Shown here in pieces: positions 27,111-40,340 of a stretch of DNA of 64,000 nt. This stretch comes from Octopus vulgaris (Eukaryota). Location of the stretch: assembly GCA_951406725.2 (NCBI GenBank), contig OX597819.1:112778001-112842000 (forward strand), in the 5' to 3' direction. A model generated the notes under the pieces. The model was not told where the DNA came from, ran no database searches, and saw only the letters and a program-made list of their open reading frames with translations. Position 1 is the stretch's first letter. Each line of letters starts with the position of its first letter. The position numbers and the translations under genes are program-made.

Positions 27111-27183
27111 CTAAAAATAGAATAAAGGATAGACAAACAAGTATGGGATCAGATTAGGACATTCATATTTATACTACACACAC

Positions 27184-27273
<90 letters not shown>

Positions 27274-27530
27274 GGTCAAGTTAGTCTCTTGCTACTCTGA
27301 GTTTCGTCTACAGACCCTATGAACCTACAGGCAAAACTCAGTGTAGTAAGATACGCTCTTGACCAAAATTAAGTATTATTATTAAAGCAAGGTGTCCCCA
27401 AAAATATATATTTGGGGGGGCACACCTTTGAATGATTATAAATCACACATTGAATGATTGTAAATCGATGAATATTAAAATGCACTTGATTTTTAAAACT
27501 TAATAGAATAGACAGACAGACAGAATTTAA

Positions 27531-27602
<72 letters not shown>

Positions 27603-27749
27603 CGTGTGTGCGTGCGTGCGTGCGTTCGTGCGTGTGTGGCTACCTCTTTTCAAGCTGATGACCGTTTTGGTCGAAGCACTACCGATAATGCGAAGCAATG
27701 CAATTGCAAACAACTAGAAACATTTCGTTCGACATTTGTACGCAGTCTC

Positions 27750-28040
27750 AAAGTCAGAAAACAGCATAGCTCCCATGACTTCAGGAAACATTTTTTCACG
27801 CTAAGAGTTGCTGAAGCATGGAACAAACTGCCGGCATCAGTTGTTAGTTGTCGGAGCACTGCATCCTTCAAAACTTCCATGCTTCCTGAGATTCGCCAAC
27901 ACTACACCTGATTTTCTCCCCTCCGTACACTTGCAAGCATGTATCTGACTCATACACTGTTCACTTCCCAGACATTTGTACATTACTGCATATGCTTTAT
28001 ACGCTCTTTTGACAAGTTGTGGTGCACCTGAGCACTGTAT
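27750..28040 (+). mobile_element. CR1-like LINE 3' end with (ATT)n tail
   Basis: KVRKQHSSHDFRKHFFTLRVAEAWNKLPASVVSCRSTASFKTSML; same family as 36125-36745. Confidence 0.85.
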
Positions 28041-28049
28041 ACAATAATT

Positions 28050-28107
<58 letters not shown>

Positions 28108-29622
28108 CTTTTTTTCTTCTTCTTTCAAATTTGCTTCCATTTCTTGCCGAGTGTCTTCCCGACTCCTAGGGCAAAGAAACTCATAGTATACATTGGTAGG
28201 CCATTAAATTAAACTCACTAGTTCGTTCATTTTTTTTTAAAGTTAAATTAAAATACATGGGTAGTAATAGTTCTCACATCGACAATGCTCTTCTCAATAC
28301 GTGTGATGTACCAGTTAAGACAATCTTTTGCACTTCTTGCAGGGATGGTAAGCCAGGGATCATTCTCATATAATTTTCGGTTCCCTTCTTGATCATTCCT
28401 AGTGCTCCATCGATCACTGGTATTGTAACCGCCTTGAGATGCCACATTTTCTCAATTTCAATGAGCAGGTTTTTATATTTTCTGAGCTTGTCAAACTCTT
28501 TCGCCGAGATATTATGATTACAGGGGATGCTCATGTCGATCAATAAGCAAACTTTATTGTTTTGGTCTTTCACAACAATATCCGGTTTATTGGCTTTGAT
28601 GGTTCGGTCTGTATGTACTGGAAAGTTCCACAGAATCGTTACATTTTCTCCTTCAGTTACAGCTTCAGGGTGGTGATTATACCACTTATCGGCAGATTTG
28701 ATATTTTAATGCTGACTTATTAGCCAGTGTAGATATTGGCCAACTCTGTCATGTCTTAATTTATACTCCACTGGTGCTAAGACTTTCCATCCAGAGATTA
28801 GGTGGTCCACTGTTTCAATCATGTCGTTGCAGAATCAGCATTTTGGGTCTGCTCCATTTTTCATCACATTGGCCTGGTAGTTCCGAGTTAATAGGCTTTG
28901 ATCTTGAGCAGCCAGGATGAAACCTTCGCTCTCTGCTTTTAGCCCTGAGCGCTGTAGCCACTGATGGGTTTGCTTCTGGTCAACATCAGCTTGTTTGCTA
29001 CGGGCCACATATTTGCCGTGCAGAGGTTTCTCCTCCCACCTATCAGCCAATTGCTCGTGCGCTTTTTTCGTTGCCATTATTTTCACCTTCTTTGCAACAA
29101 TAGTTGCCGTACTTCCCTCGGGTTGTTCAGTCTGGGTATCCTGCACGAGATCAATAGCAAATTTTTTGCTTTCCTTTATGATAGAATGAAGCTTCTTTCG
29201 TCTCTCGTGATTTTCCACGAGCTTTAGCATCCAGTCATTCGTTATTTCAAGATATTTGGCCAGTCCAATTGTGGTTGTTTTATAAGCTAGTTCAAATTGG
29301 ATCAGGCCTTGACCTCCTTGGGCTCTGGGAAGGTAAAGGCGATCTATGTCTGCCTTTGGGTGGTGCCTCCTATAACAACTCAGCAGCTTGCGTATTTTCC
29401 TATCTATATTCTTTACTTCACTCATATTCCAGTTCAACACATTGTAGCTATAAGTAACAACTGGAACTGCTAAGGAATTTATAGCTAACTCCTTGTTACG
29501 TGCATTTAGTTCAGTTTTCAGGACTGCACGAACTCTCCTATAACATTCCTTCCTGATCTTCTCTTTCATGCTTGCATGCTGAATACCAGAGCCTTCATTT
29601 ATCCCTAAATATTTGTATGTTT
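28108..29622 (-). mobile_element. R4/Dong-like non-LTR retrotransposon, family a, 5'-truncated
   Basis: Highly similar to 46057-47582; CGA>TGA stop at ~28835 in the CRFC motif; 3' end runs into (TAA)n. Confidence 0.9.
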
Positions 29623-30094
29623 GTATACGTGTATATATATATATACACGTATACCTATACATATACATGCAGTCAAATATATCAATATAAAATATTATAC
29701 ACCATTAATTGATTTATCAAAATTATCTCCGCTTCTACAATATGTATCATAATTACAAACTCCAGTTAAGATCAGCTCCGTATGAAAAGAGGAGATAATC
29801 CTAAGAACCAAGTATTCTTCGTTAAAGAAAAAAAATGATTTATTTTCTGGAGATATGAGGACAATGATGTACACGTGTTTCTAACTCAATATCCGTCAAC
29901 AGTACGTCAATTGTCCATCCTAATCTTCAGATTTCAAGGGATTTAGACTTACACTAAAAGATTATAATACATTTATGACTTAAGTAATTTGCATAATTTA
30001 TGACCTAAGTAATCTGTATAATTTAAACAAAAAAGTGTAATGAGCTATCTCCTAAATTATGCAAAATACCTACCATTTTGCGAAATGTCTGTCA

Positions 30095-31690
30095 TCTAAC
30101 ATCTCAGATTTTAGTGCTGCCATCAAAACACTGGAAAAGAGGAAACCTCCCGGACCAGACAGTATTGTAACAGATATCATAAAGGAAGTCAGTTACTTCT
30201 GCACAAGAGTAGAGTATTGCTACGTCACTGAGGCACGAAACCAGAAGAAGATACCACAATACTGGAAGGGTGCTAACACTGTCACTCTCTACAAAAATCA
30301 ACTGAGATATATTTATTTACTCCAAAAACCGGGATATGATACTCTTATTCATTGCTGGGAATGTCCTAACCAAGATTATATTTTTTTTAAATGGTCCAAT
30401 TAATATGAGAAAATATCAAACCAGAGTCATAGAAAGGTTCGTCGTCACAAGGAAACTTAAAAGAAAATGCAAAAAGTGACTTAAGGATCTGTTAATTTCA
30501 TTTGTCAACGACTTTAGACACAGAGAGCTTTTGCCGGATGTTCTAAGAAAGTTTGATGGCTTAGCCAATCTTTTTCACGCGTCGAGTGCTTCAGTATAAA
30601 CACAGTTGTTAAGCAACATAGCGTACTTCATCTAGCATAGTTTTCTTCATCTATGTGACGACGATGCTACGAAGACTGGTAGAAAAAGCAAATGAATCGA
30701 TTTCGATTCGATGAGAATCTTTTCATCAACAGAAAGTTGATGGCCACCAAAATTCTCAGATCTTAAAAGATTATTGAGCTGCAGTGTGGTGACGACATTG
30801 TTGTAATAGTTTGCACTCATGATGCCATTCTGACCATCATATTAGCAGCGCTTAGATCTTATGAAGTAATAGGCCTGGCAATTAACATCTAGAAAACTGA
30901 TATCATTTCTTACTGGTAGATTGTATTACATCCGTCTTCTCCACTTACGCAGTAAAACAATAACAGCTTGTATCCTGATTCAGATGCGAAGCAGTATCAT
31001 TTCTAACGATTGCACCCCGGACAAGGAAATTCAAAAGCATATTAGGTACATTTAAAAATTTTTTTAGAAGGTTCGGAAAATGTATTTCTAAACAAATATT
31101 CAGCCTCTATGAGAAAATTCTCGTTTAACGGGCAATTTCCACTCTGCTCGGCGGACGTGAAACATGGATATTGTACAACTGATATATAAAAGAAAAAAAA
31201 TGCTCACAGGTTTTAACATCCAATGTCGACAGAAAATCCTTTCAGTTAAAGGAAAAGAAGGAATTACATACATACAAATCTTCCATCGAACCAACGTCAA
31301 TAACATAGAATCCACCCTAATTAGGTATCAACTGTGGTGACGGTTCGGAGATGTAGAGTGCATGACTCACTCTTGTTTCATCTGTAGGGGTGACTCTACA
31401 GCAAACAGATTATGGTCAACGCCTGGGTGGAGTATTAACGAAGCTGTTTAAAGATTAACTGAAGAACACCTTGAAGTGGAGCAATATCAATTCTTCAGAA
31501 CTGGAAGATGTCATATATCTTAAGGGTCACATTGTTAAGGTAAAAGGTTGAAGATATGGAAGAAAATGGAGTCAGTACTACCAGGAGCTGTAAGAAAAGT
31601 AGTATACACGCAAAATTGATCTGGTCACCCCCATAAAAGCATTTACAAGACATCCTCCACAACCGAAGCCGTACAATCAACGTAGGACCC
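30095..31690 (+). mobile_element. Heavily decayed RTE-clade LINE (RT region)
   Basis: AAIKTLEKRKPPGPDSI, KIPQYWKGANTVTLYKN, later GLAINI*KT and ETWILY...FNIQCRQKILS. Confidence 0.65.
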
Positions 31691-32158
31691 AGAAATGAAA
31701 GAGATGGCTGTCCTTGGATTCGATAGACAAATATAAACTAATAAACACTCATTTTTTTTTTAGGTTTCGGTCATTAGCCTGCAGCCATTCTGGGGCACCA
31801 CCTTGATGGGTTTAGTCGAACAAATTGACCCCAGCACTTGTTTTTAAGTCTGGTACTTCTTCTAACGATCTCTTTTGCCGAGCCGTTAAGTTACAGGGAC
31901 TTAGACAAACCAATGCTGGGTGTCAACCGTCAAATGGTAGTGGGGAATAAACACACACATATATGTATATATTCGACGGGCTGCTACACAGTTTCCTTTC
32001 TACACAGTTTCCCGTCTACTGAACTGTGTGTTCGCGTTCATACATAATCACACATATTATAATGATGACAATGCGAGGATATATATTCATATGCGGCCGA
32101 AAGAGCCTTGATTTAATCAACCTCCCAAACTTTTAGATGTCAAACTATAGAAATTCCA

Positions 32159-32220
<62 letters not shown>

Positions 32221-32239
32221 TGATGATAATAATAACTTC

Positions 32240-32684
32240 TGATCTTTTCAGTTTGAATGGCAGTTTTTTCTAGCGGTGTCATATGAAATTGTCTCCCATA
32301 ATTATGACCCTAGTATCGATCTATTGCATTTCAATCTATTTTAGGGTTAGGGTTAGTTAAGGTTAGTTAGGGTTAGGGTTAGGGGTAGGGGGAAGGGTAT
32401 CTTTTTTTCTTCACAAATGTAAATAAACCCAATCTGTCTCTTAAACGAGGGACATATTCATACGGCACAGAATGTTGTTTACCTCAATGGATGTCACTGA
32501 TTGGTTGAAATTGCAGAAATTCAAGAAAAAAAACCAACAAATATCTTACAAACTATAGAATTTTCACAATAATGCCAAGAGAAACATATGTTTTATAAAC
32601 ACATTCTACTAGTATACGAAGTTTAAAATTTTTTAGTTACCCAGAAATTATGTTAAAAAACTGCCGCTCAAACCGATAAGATCC
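32240..32684 (-). mobile_element. Merlin-like MITE carrying (TTAGGG)n (reverse copy of 9319-9736)
   Basis: 8-bp TSD ATAACTTC (32232-32239, 32685-32692); colinear with the 9319 copy; telomeric tract ~32341-32390. Confidence 0.75.
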
Positions 32685-33438
32685 ATAACTTCAACAACCT
32701 GAAACGTAGGGTTGAGCCAGATACCACTAGGTTTTCAGACTAGTGCTCTCTCAAATGAGATTAAATATCTCGCAGTTTGTTGACATATATTTATTGTCAT
32801 TTAAATGAGAATAATTTTCTAATGCATATCAAACGAAATATATAAAATAATAGACGTAAAATTCACCAGTTTAAGAATTAATTCAAAATATAATAGGTTT
32901 GGTTTGTTAAGAATTAATTCAAAATATAATAGGTTTGGTTTGTTATATAATTTTCGGATTTTCTTACGCTTTAGATTCATCTGAAAGCTATATATTTTCG
33001 TAAATAATAAAACTGACATATTGAAGCCACGAAGCACTTGTGCTATTTCATATGTCATGGTTTGGTAAATATATAGCAATTTCGTTAAACCTGTTGAATA
33101 TAGTAGCAAAATCTCTCGCAAACCACACCCTGAAATAAAAGCTAAATTCTTCTAATATACAAAAGATGGGATTGTCACGACTGAAACGCTTTTCATCACA
33201 AGTTTTTTTTTTACTTTAACTGTTCTGGAACAGCGCAACACTAAAGTTCAAAGCACGATCTCCTAGATATAACAGCCAAATTTCCCTCAAATAATACTAT
33301 CGTCTTAAATCAGGAGAGGATAAATTGGAAAATATAGTTCCATTCATAGAAACAGAAAAGAGAATAAATGAACACACACACACATGCATGCATAAGCGTT
33401 TATACATACATACATACATACATGTATGTATAAATGTA

Positions 33439-33591
33439 GGCGTAGGAGTGACTGTATGGTAAGTAGCTTGCTTACCAACCACATAGTTCCGGGTTCAGTC
33501 CCACCTTGAGCAAGTGTCTTCTACTATAACCTCGGGCCGACCAACGCCTTATGAGTGGATTTGGTAGACAGAAACTGAAAGATGCCCGTCG

Positions 33592-33634
<43 letters not shown>

Positions 33635-33826
33635 CTGTGTCTGTCCCCCCAACATCGCTTGACAACCGATGCTAGTGCGTTTACGTCATCGTAACTTAGC
33701 GGTTCGGCAAAGAGACCGATAGAATAAGTACTAGGCTTACAGAGAATAAGTCCTGGGGTCGATTTGCTCGACTAAAGGCGGTGCTCCAGCATGGCCACGG
33801 TCAAAGGATTGAAACAAGTAAAAGAG
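33439..33826 (+). mobile_element. SINE family A
   Basis: Head and tail present. Confidence 0.9.
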
Positions 33827-33879
33827 CATACATACATACATACATACATACATACATACATACATACATACATACATAC

Positions 33880-35393
33880 ATCGTCGTCGGCTTCAGCTCG
33901 TATCCGAGCATTGGGTTCGTCAGTCTCCGTCCAGTCTCCTCGGCAGATGTTTGTGCCGAATGTGACTTTGGAGTCCTAGTTGGTGGTGAAAGAATCGTGG
34001 GCAGAATTCGCACAGAATGGTCAGTGCGGGTCGAGGATGTTGAAGACGCTCCTTTCTTCTCCTGCGTTTTACCTCCTCATTCAGTTGTCTGTTCTGCTCG
34101 AAGGAGCTGGTTCCATTGTGGATAGCAGTCCTCCAGGCTGTCCTATCCATGGCAATCTGTTCCCATGAGGATGGCTGGATGTTAGTTTAGGTCTTTAAAA
34201 CGGAATTTCAGGCCTCCTCTAGGTCTTGTTCCGATTGCAAGCTCTACGTAAAGCATTACCCTCAGAAGATGAGAGGGCTCCAAACGCTGGACGGGACCTG
34301 CCCAGCGGAGACGATGGCGAAGAATGATGGCTTTGATGCTTGGTAGTGAGGCGCGGCGAAGAGCCGCGTTGTTGGTAATAAGATCTTTCCATCGAATATC
34401 GAGGATCTGTCCTAGCTTGGATTGCTGGAAGCATTCAAGGCGCTTGAAGTCACAGCAGTTCAGCGTCCAAGTCTCACAAGCGTAGAGAAGAGTTGACAGG
34501 ACAATAGCACGGAAGACCAAGATTTTTGTCCGGATGGTCAGTGCGTGATTGAAGAATACACGTTGGCTGAGTCTACCGAAGGCAGAGTGGGCCTCCCCGA
34601 TCCGGTTCTCCAAGTCCTTTTCACACATGGGGATCTTCAAAAGAATACTCCCAAGGTATGAGAAGTGTTCAACTTCTTTTAGGGGTTGGCCGTTGACGCT
34701 GATGTTCGTAGCTGGACTGTAATGGCCTGGTGCAGGTTGGATCAGGATCTTGGTCTTTAATATGTTTACCTGCATCCCGAAGCATTCATAAGCCGCGTTA
34801 TCCTTTGTAGGCCATCTACGGTCCGGCTCGGGGTGGCTTTGTCGTCGGCATATTATGCATCTCACGGACTGAGATGGCAAAGGTAATCGTCTTTGCGCGG
34901 AGACGTGCGAGATTGATGAGTCTGTCATCCAAGCGATAGCGCATGTTGATGGAAGGCGAGTCCAGTGGGATTTCGTTGAACATGGAGGCCATATACAGAA
35001 AGAAACAGGTTGGTACCAGGACGCATTCTTGCTTAAGAACCCCAGTGATGGGAGACGGATCTGCGAGGGCATTTTGATGGCATATCCTAACCACCATGCC
35101 GTCGTGAAGGGAGTGAACCAGAGCAATGAAGTCCTCGGGACATCCAAACCGAGCAAGAACTGTCGACTCTGCTATTAAAGTCCTAGCGGTCAAGCAAGTT
35201 GTAGAACGAAGTCTTGACGTCGTCTTCAGGTGTGAGGGCAGGGGCGTAGACAGAGATCAACGTAAGGTATCTGTCCCAAGTGAGCGGGGTCCGAACAGTC
35301 ATCAGGCGCTCGCTGACAGCAGTTGAGACAAATCTATGTTGATCCACGATTTTCGTTTTGATGGCAAGACCAGCTCCATGGATGCGTGGTTCG
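33880..35393 (-). mobile_element. RTE (BovB-like) LINE, internally deleted and frameshifted
   Basis: APE fragment VSERLMTVR..LISVYAP joined to RT fragments LARFGCPEDFIALVHSLHDGM, GVLKQECVLVP, FSYLGSIL, LLYACETWTL, RLRWAG; C-terminal CEFCPRFFHHQLGLQSHIRHKH; (TATG)n on both flanks. Confidence 0.9.
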
Positions 35394-36124
35394 TTATACA
35401 TACATACATACATATATACACATATGTGCCTGTACAACGTATATGCATGTCTCTTCTGTATTTAATCACTTTAGTTCTTTCTCTGAAGAAGGAGCTGGTT
35501 TCTAACAAAGATACAAAGCTCCATCTTTGTAATGTAGATAACGAAAACAGTGTTACAACAAAGACGATGACGACGTTGATGGTGATGATGATGATTATGA
35601 TGATGATGACGACGACGACCACGACGACCACGGCGACCACGACGACCACGACGATGACAACGATGACGATAATGTGTGTGGGGATTGTAGCATTGGTGAT
35701 GATGATAACAATGATGATGAATTATCAAATCTACATTTTATAGAGCAAAAAGTATATAATGGCTTCCCAGCCTCCCATCACCATCATCATCACTACCATC
35801 ATCATCATCACAATCCTTTCAGAAAGAAAGACTTTTGTCGGAAAACGTAGATAGAGTTTCTTCCCCTGACAGGTTATTGTTAAAGCACCTTCCCAAATAA
35901 TTCCACTCATTTCTTTCTATTGTTTCATACACACGTTTACATTACTTCATGAACTCGAAAGGAAGAGTTAAAGCATTCTTTGTTACGTTGGCCTGAAAAT
36001 GTAAATCAATGCTTGTTGTAAATTCCTGAAGTTCGCCTTAAGCTATTATTCTCTGCTCTGATTTAATGTTTCTGCTTCTGAACGTGTTGTGACAGCTTCT
36101 TTGTGTCAATGTGGATAGAAATTA

Positions 36125-36745
36125 ATATAATGAAATTTTTTGTATACAGTGCTCAGGTGCACCACAACTTGTCAGAAAGTGCAAATAAAGTACATGCAGT
36201 AATGTAAAAATGTCTGGAAAGCGAACAATGTATGAGTCAGATACATGCTTGTGTGTGTATGGAGGGGAGAAAATCAGGTGTAGTGTTGGCGAATCTCAGA
36301 AAGCATGGAAGTTTTGAAGGATGCAGTGCTCCGACAACTAACAACTGATGCCGGCAGTTTGTTCCACGCTTCAGCAACTCTCAGCGTGAAAAAATGTTTC
36401 CTGAAGTCATGGGAGCTGTGCTGTTTTCTGACTTTGTAAATATGTCCACGGGTGTTAGATGGGTGGAGTTTGAAAAGGTGCTCAGAATTATTGTTTCTAA
36501 GATGGTTAATAATTTTATGGGTGTCTGCCAAGTCAGCTGCCAGACGTCGGAGTTTCAATGTGTCCATGCCCTGGGAAAGTAAGGCGTTCAGGATATGGCA
36601 AATGCCTGATGGAGGGTATTCTTTTGGTTGCACGTCGCTGAACGGCTTCCAGACGATTGATATCCTGGGCGAGATAGGGGTTCCAGACCGGTGATGCAAA
36701 TTCCAGGTGAGGTCTTACCATAGCTATATAAAGCCGCAGAATTGA
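36125..36745 (-). mobile_element. CR1-like LINE 3' fragment
   Basis: LRLYIAMVRPHLEFASPVWNPYLAQDINRLEAVQRRATKRIP...NTRGHIYKV...FFTLRVAEAWNKLP. Confidence 0.9.
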
Positions 36746-37004
36746 TAATGCGCATGCATTTAAATTATAAACATTTCCTTTTATCTGCTTCTCTCTGTTT
36801 TCATATGATTTTGATTTGATTTTTCTAGTTTCAGCTAATGAGCTGTGGCCATGCTGGGGCACCGCCATTTGTTTCGTAAGTTAAGAGAAACTGAAGGCAA
36901 TGTCTTTTCGTTATTCTCTTCTAAATTCTCCTTATTTCCCACATAAAACTGAAGCCTCTTAATATATAAACTCAAAAAACCTTATCAAACGATTAATATT
37001 CTTT

Positions 37005-37400
37005 TCTAATTTAGGTACAAGGCCCGAACTTTTGGGGGAGGGGGGGCCAGTCGATTAGATCGACTCCAGTACGCAACTGGTACTTAATTTATAGATCCCG
37101 AAAGGATGAAAGGCAAAGTCGACCTCGGCGGAATTTGAACTCAGAACGTAACAGCAGATGAAATATCTATTTCTTTACTACCCACAAGGTGCTAAACAGA
37201 GAGAGGACAAACAAGGACAGGCAAACGGATTAAGTCGATTATATCGACCCCAGTGCGTAACTGGTACTTAATTTATCGACCGCGAAAGGATGAAAGGCAA
37301 AGTTAACCTCGGCGGAGTTTGAACTCAGAACATAAAGACAGACGACATACTGCTGAGCATTTCGCCCAGCGTGCTAACGTTTCTGCCAGCTCGCCGCCTT
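37005..37400 (-). mobile_element. Dimeric SINE family B (Deu/Nin-like central domain)
   Basis: Two tandem units of gagttcaaattccgccgaggtcgactttgcctttcatcctttcggggtcgataaattaagtaccag; also at 40341 and 56397. Confidence 0.85.
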
Positions 37401-37911
37401 AAACGTGCTCAGGATATTGTCACCTCTCCTGCTTAATATTATCAACCTGTTATTGCTACTGAAAGGCACGTCTTAAAATGATAACACTAAACGGCTTTCA
37501 CTGTATCATAAATACCAAGACCAAGCTTTGTATCTACAATGCCTAGTGGTTAAGGTGTTCAGCTAATGATCATTAGGTCGTAGTTCAATTCCTGGACAGG
37601 ATGTTGTATTGTGTTCTTGAACAAGGCATTTCATTTCACATTGCTTCAGTCAGCTCAACTGTTTAAAATAAAGAATCAGTCACGTGCTGGTGTAGCCATC
37701 TCTCCTTCCAAATGTCACATCCCAGACCTTCCACTGGATTAAGGGTGACTGAGATGAGAGGTGTCTCTATAGTCTACATAGGCACCTAAAGCAGTGAATG
37801 CATGGTACAAGCAACCAAGTCATGCTTGCTAACGAGCAATGACTTATAGTACGTCACATCGCTGCTTTACAAGTCTGATAAATGGACACCATTCTTTATC
37901 TTTTACCTTTT

Positions 37912-38276
37912 ACTACTTTTGCCTTAGCGAAGGCAGAGGTATTGTTTTTAGTCGTATTTGATTGTTCTTTGTCCGTGGATAAGATATCCCAAGAACCTTT
38001 GGATGGATTCGGATGAAACTTTCAGGGATGTTTGGCTTTGTGACTGGCACAAACTGATTAGATTTTGGGATCGATCCAATACCAGACAAGGATTCTGGAT
38101 TATTTTTCCTGCTTTTTTACTTCATTTTTTGAGAGTGATTCACTTATAGTATTCTCGTTTGTGAGAGCAGTCGAGTTTATTTCAGATAATCTCATTTTAA
38201 AAGTCATCTCCGGCTAATCATTGAGAGGACGTTGGTGTTGCTTTGGTGGAGGTTTGCACTCTTTAAATGCTCTTGT
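37912..38276 (+). mobile_element. Helentron-associated (HINE/DINE-like) non-autonomous element
   Basis: 5' short hairpin/subTIR, body ctgattagattttgggatcgatcc, 3' subTIR ttggtggaggt plus short stem-loop gca..tgc, T-rich flanks. Confidence 0.55.
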
Positions 38277-38907
38277 TTTTACTTGTTTCAGTCATTAGAC
38301 TGCGGCCATGCTGGGGTACTGCCTCGAAGAATTTTTAGTTGAATGAATCAACCCTGGCACTTATTTTTGTTTTTAAACGTGGTACTTGTTCTATCAGTTT
38401 CTTTTGGTGAACTGCTATGTTATGGAGACATAAATAACCAACATCTGCCATCAAGTAGTGGTGACAGACAAACACAGACACAAAAGTACACACACACACA
38501 GACACATATGTATAAATATATATATATATATATATATTTGCCAGCTCTGTCTGGCCCCGTGTCGGTGGCACGTAAAAGCACCATCCGTTCGTGTTCGTTG
38601 CCAGCATCGCCTGGCCCCGTGCCGGTGACACGTAAAAGCACCATCCGTTCGTGGCCGTTTGCCAGCTCTGTCTGGCACCTGTGCAGGTGGCACGTAAAAA
38701 ACACCCACTACACTCGCGGAGTGGTTGGCGTTAGGAAGGGCATCCAGCCGTAGAAACACTGCCAGATCTGACTGGGCCTTGACGAAGCCTTCCAGCTTCA
38801 CAGACCCCAGTTGACCCGTCCAACCCATGCTAGCATGGAAAGCGGACGCTAAATGATGATGATGATGATATATATATATATAATAGATGGAAACCGAAAG
38901 AAGCCTG

Positions 38908-38955
<48 letters not shown>

Positions 38956-39108
38956 CGGGCTTCTTTCGGTTTCCATCTACCAAATCCACTCACAAGGCTT
39001 TGATCGGCCTGAGGCTATAGTAGAATACACTTTCCTAAGGTATCACACAGAAGGACTGAACCCAGAACTATGTGACTGGGAAGCAAATGTCTTGTCACAC
39101 AGCTATAC
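38277..39108 (-). mobile_element. SINE family A split by an RTE-tail insertion (38537-38868)
   Basis: Tail at 38277-38500 and head at 38953-39108; strong CpG decay. Confidence 0.8.
38537..38868 (+). mobile_element. RTE-LINE 3' UTR repeat (family D) ending in (GAT)n
   Basis: Tandem ~55-60 bp units, then gtggttggcgttaggaagggcatccagc...aacccatgctagcatggaaagcggacg-(GAT)n. Confidence 0.8.
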
Positions 39109-39141
39109 CTAGAATATCAAAATACTTGGTCTCACACTGGG

Positions 39142-39447
39142 TATTAAACAGGATAACAGCCCACTTATGTAACACCATCTGTTCATCAGAGTTAACAAGT
39201 ATGGAAAAAAATATGGTGACTGCTCTCTGTTACTGGAGGTAATAAAACATCCCATTGATGGGGCTGTGAAGAAGGATAACCCATGCTTAGTTTTCTTCAT
39301 TTCTTTTCACAGCAACCACAAATGGGATGTGTTATTTTTTACCTCCAAAAACAGAGAGCTGTTGCCATATTTTTTACCATATCAGCAAGCTCTGTTGAGT
39401 ACATGATGATAAATAACCAGACTGTTATCCAGCATCTGGCTTAATAC
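39142..39447. mobile_element. Old palindromic MITE
   Basis: Degenerate inverted arms ggataacag...ctctctgtt.ctggaggtaa..acatcccatt / aatgggatgt..ttacctcca..aacagagag...ctgttatcc. Confidence 0.55.
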
Positions 39448-39791
39448 TTAGTGCGAAACTAATGGATAAGATTAGCTGTAATGGATATATAATACCATTC
39501 ATTGGATGAATATACTCACTCACTGTATTGACAAATATAAGAGTACATATTTTTTCTGATTTATGGATTCTTGGACCACTATATATATATATCGTGGCCA
39601 CTGCCAGCCTCCCCTGGCACGTAAAAAGCACCCACTACACACATGGAGTGGTTGGCGTTAGGAAGGGCATCCAGCTGTAGAAACACTGCCAGATTAGACT
39701 GGAGCCTGGTGCAACCTCCTGGCTTCCCAGACCCCAGTCGAACCATCCAACCCATGCTAGCGGACGTTAAACAACGATGATGATTATGATA

Positions 39792-39837
<46 letters not shown>

Positions 39838-39948
39838 TATATGTATATTGATAGAAATGGTAAGACAACAAAAGAATGAAAGAGACCTCGATATTATGTA
39901 AATAGAGGAATTTATCTGTAAATATATGTGACAATTATTCAGTAGCCA

Positions 39949-40011
39949 TGATAAAACTCTGAGTTTCGGATGTTGGGGTGGAAACCTACGCTGGCATTTC
40001 TTCAGTTATCA
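39949..40011 (-). ncRNA. Type-I hammerhead ribozyme motif in a Penelope-like fragment (39848-40140)
   Basis: TGATAA-CTGAAGA-[imperfect long stem II]-GAA-ACTC a GAGT-T-TTATCA: 6-bp stem I, intact core, near-palindromic stem III. Confidence 0.55.
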
Positions 40012-40340
40012 GGCCATCAAAAAAATGCTATGAAAATGACTGTTAAACAAAGGGAAATTACTGTGTGATTGACCATTATTAAGACAAAAGAGCTATTAGA
40101 ATGACCGCTAAATAAGAGGAAGGAGTAAAGGTAAGGAAGTAAAAATGTTTGTAGTAATCACGTATATATATATGTGTTTGTGTATGAGTGTGTGTATGTT
40201 TGTGTGTGTGAGTATGTGTGTGCATGTATGTGTGTGTGCAAACATGCATGGTGGATGTGTGAGTTTTCCCCCTGCCCACTGCTTGACCACTGGCATTCAT
40301 TTGTCAATAATTAGCTCATTATTATTATTAAAACAATTCA

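Noticed and set aside
32871-32944. ~36-bp exact tandem duplication
   Set aside because: Ordinary slippage duplication with no further structure
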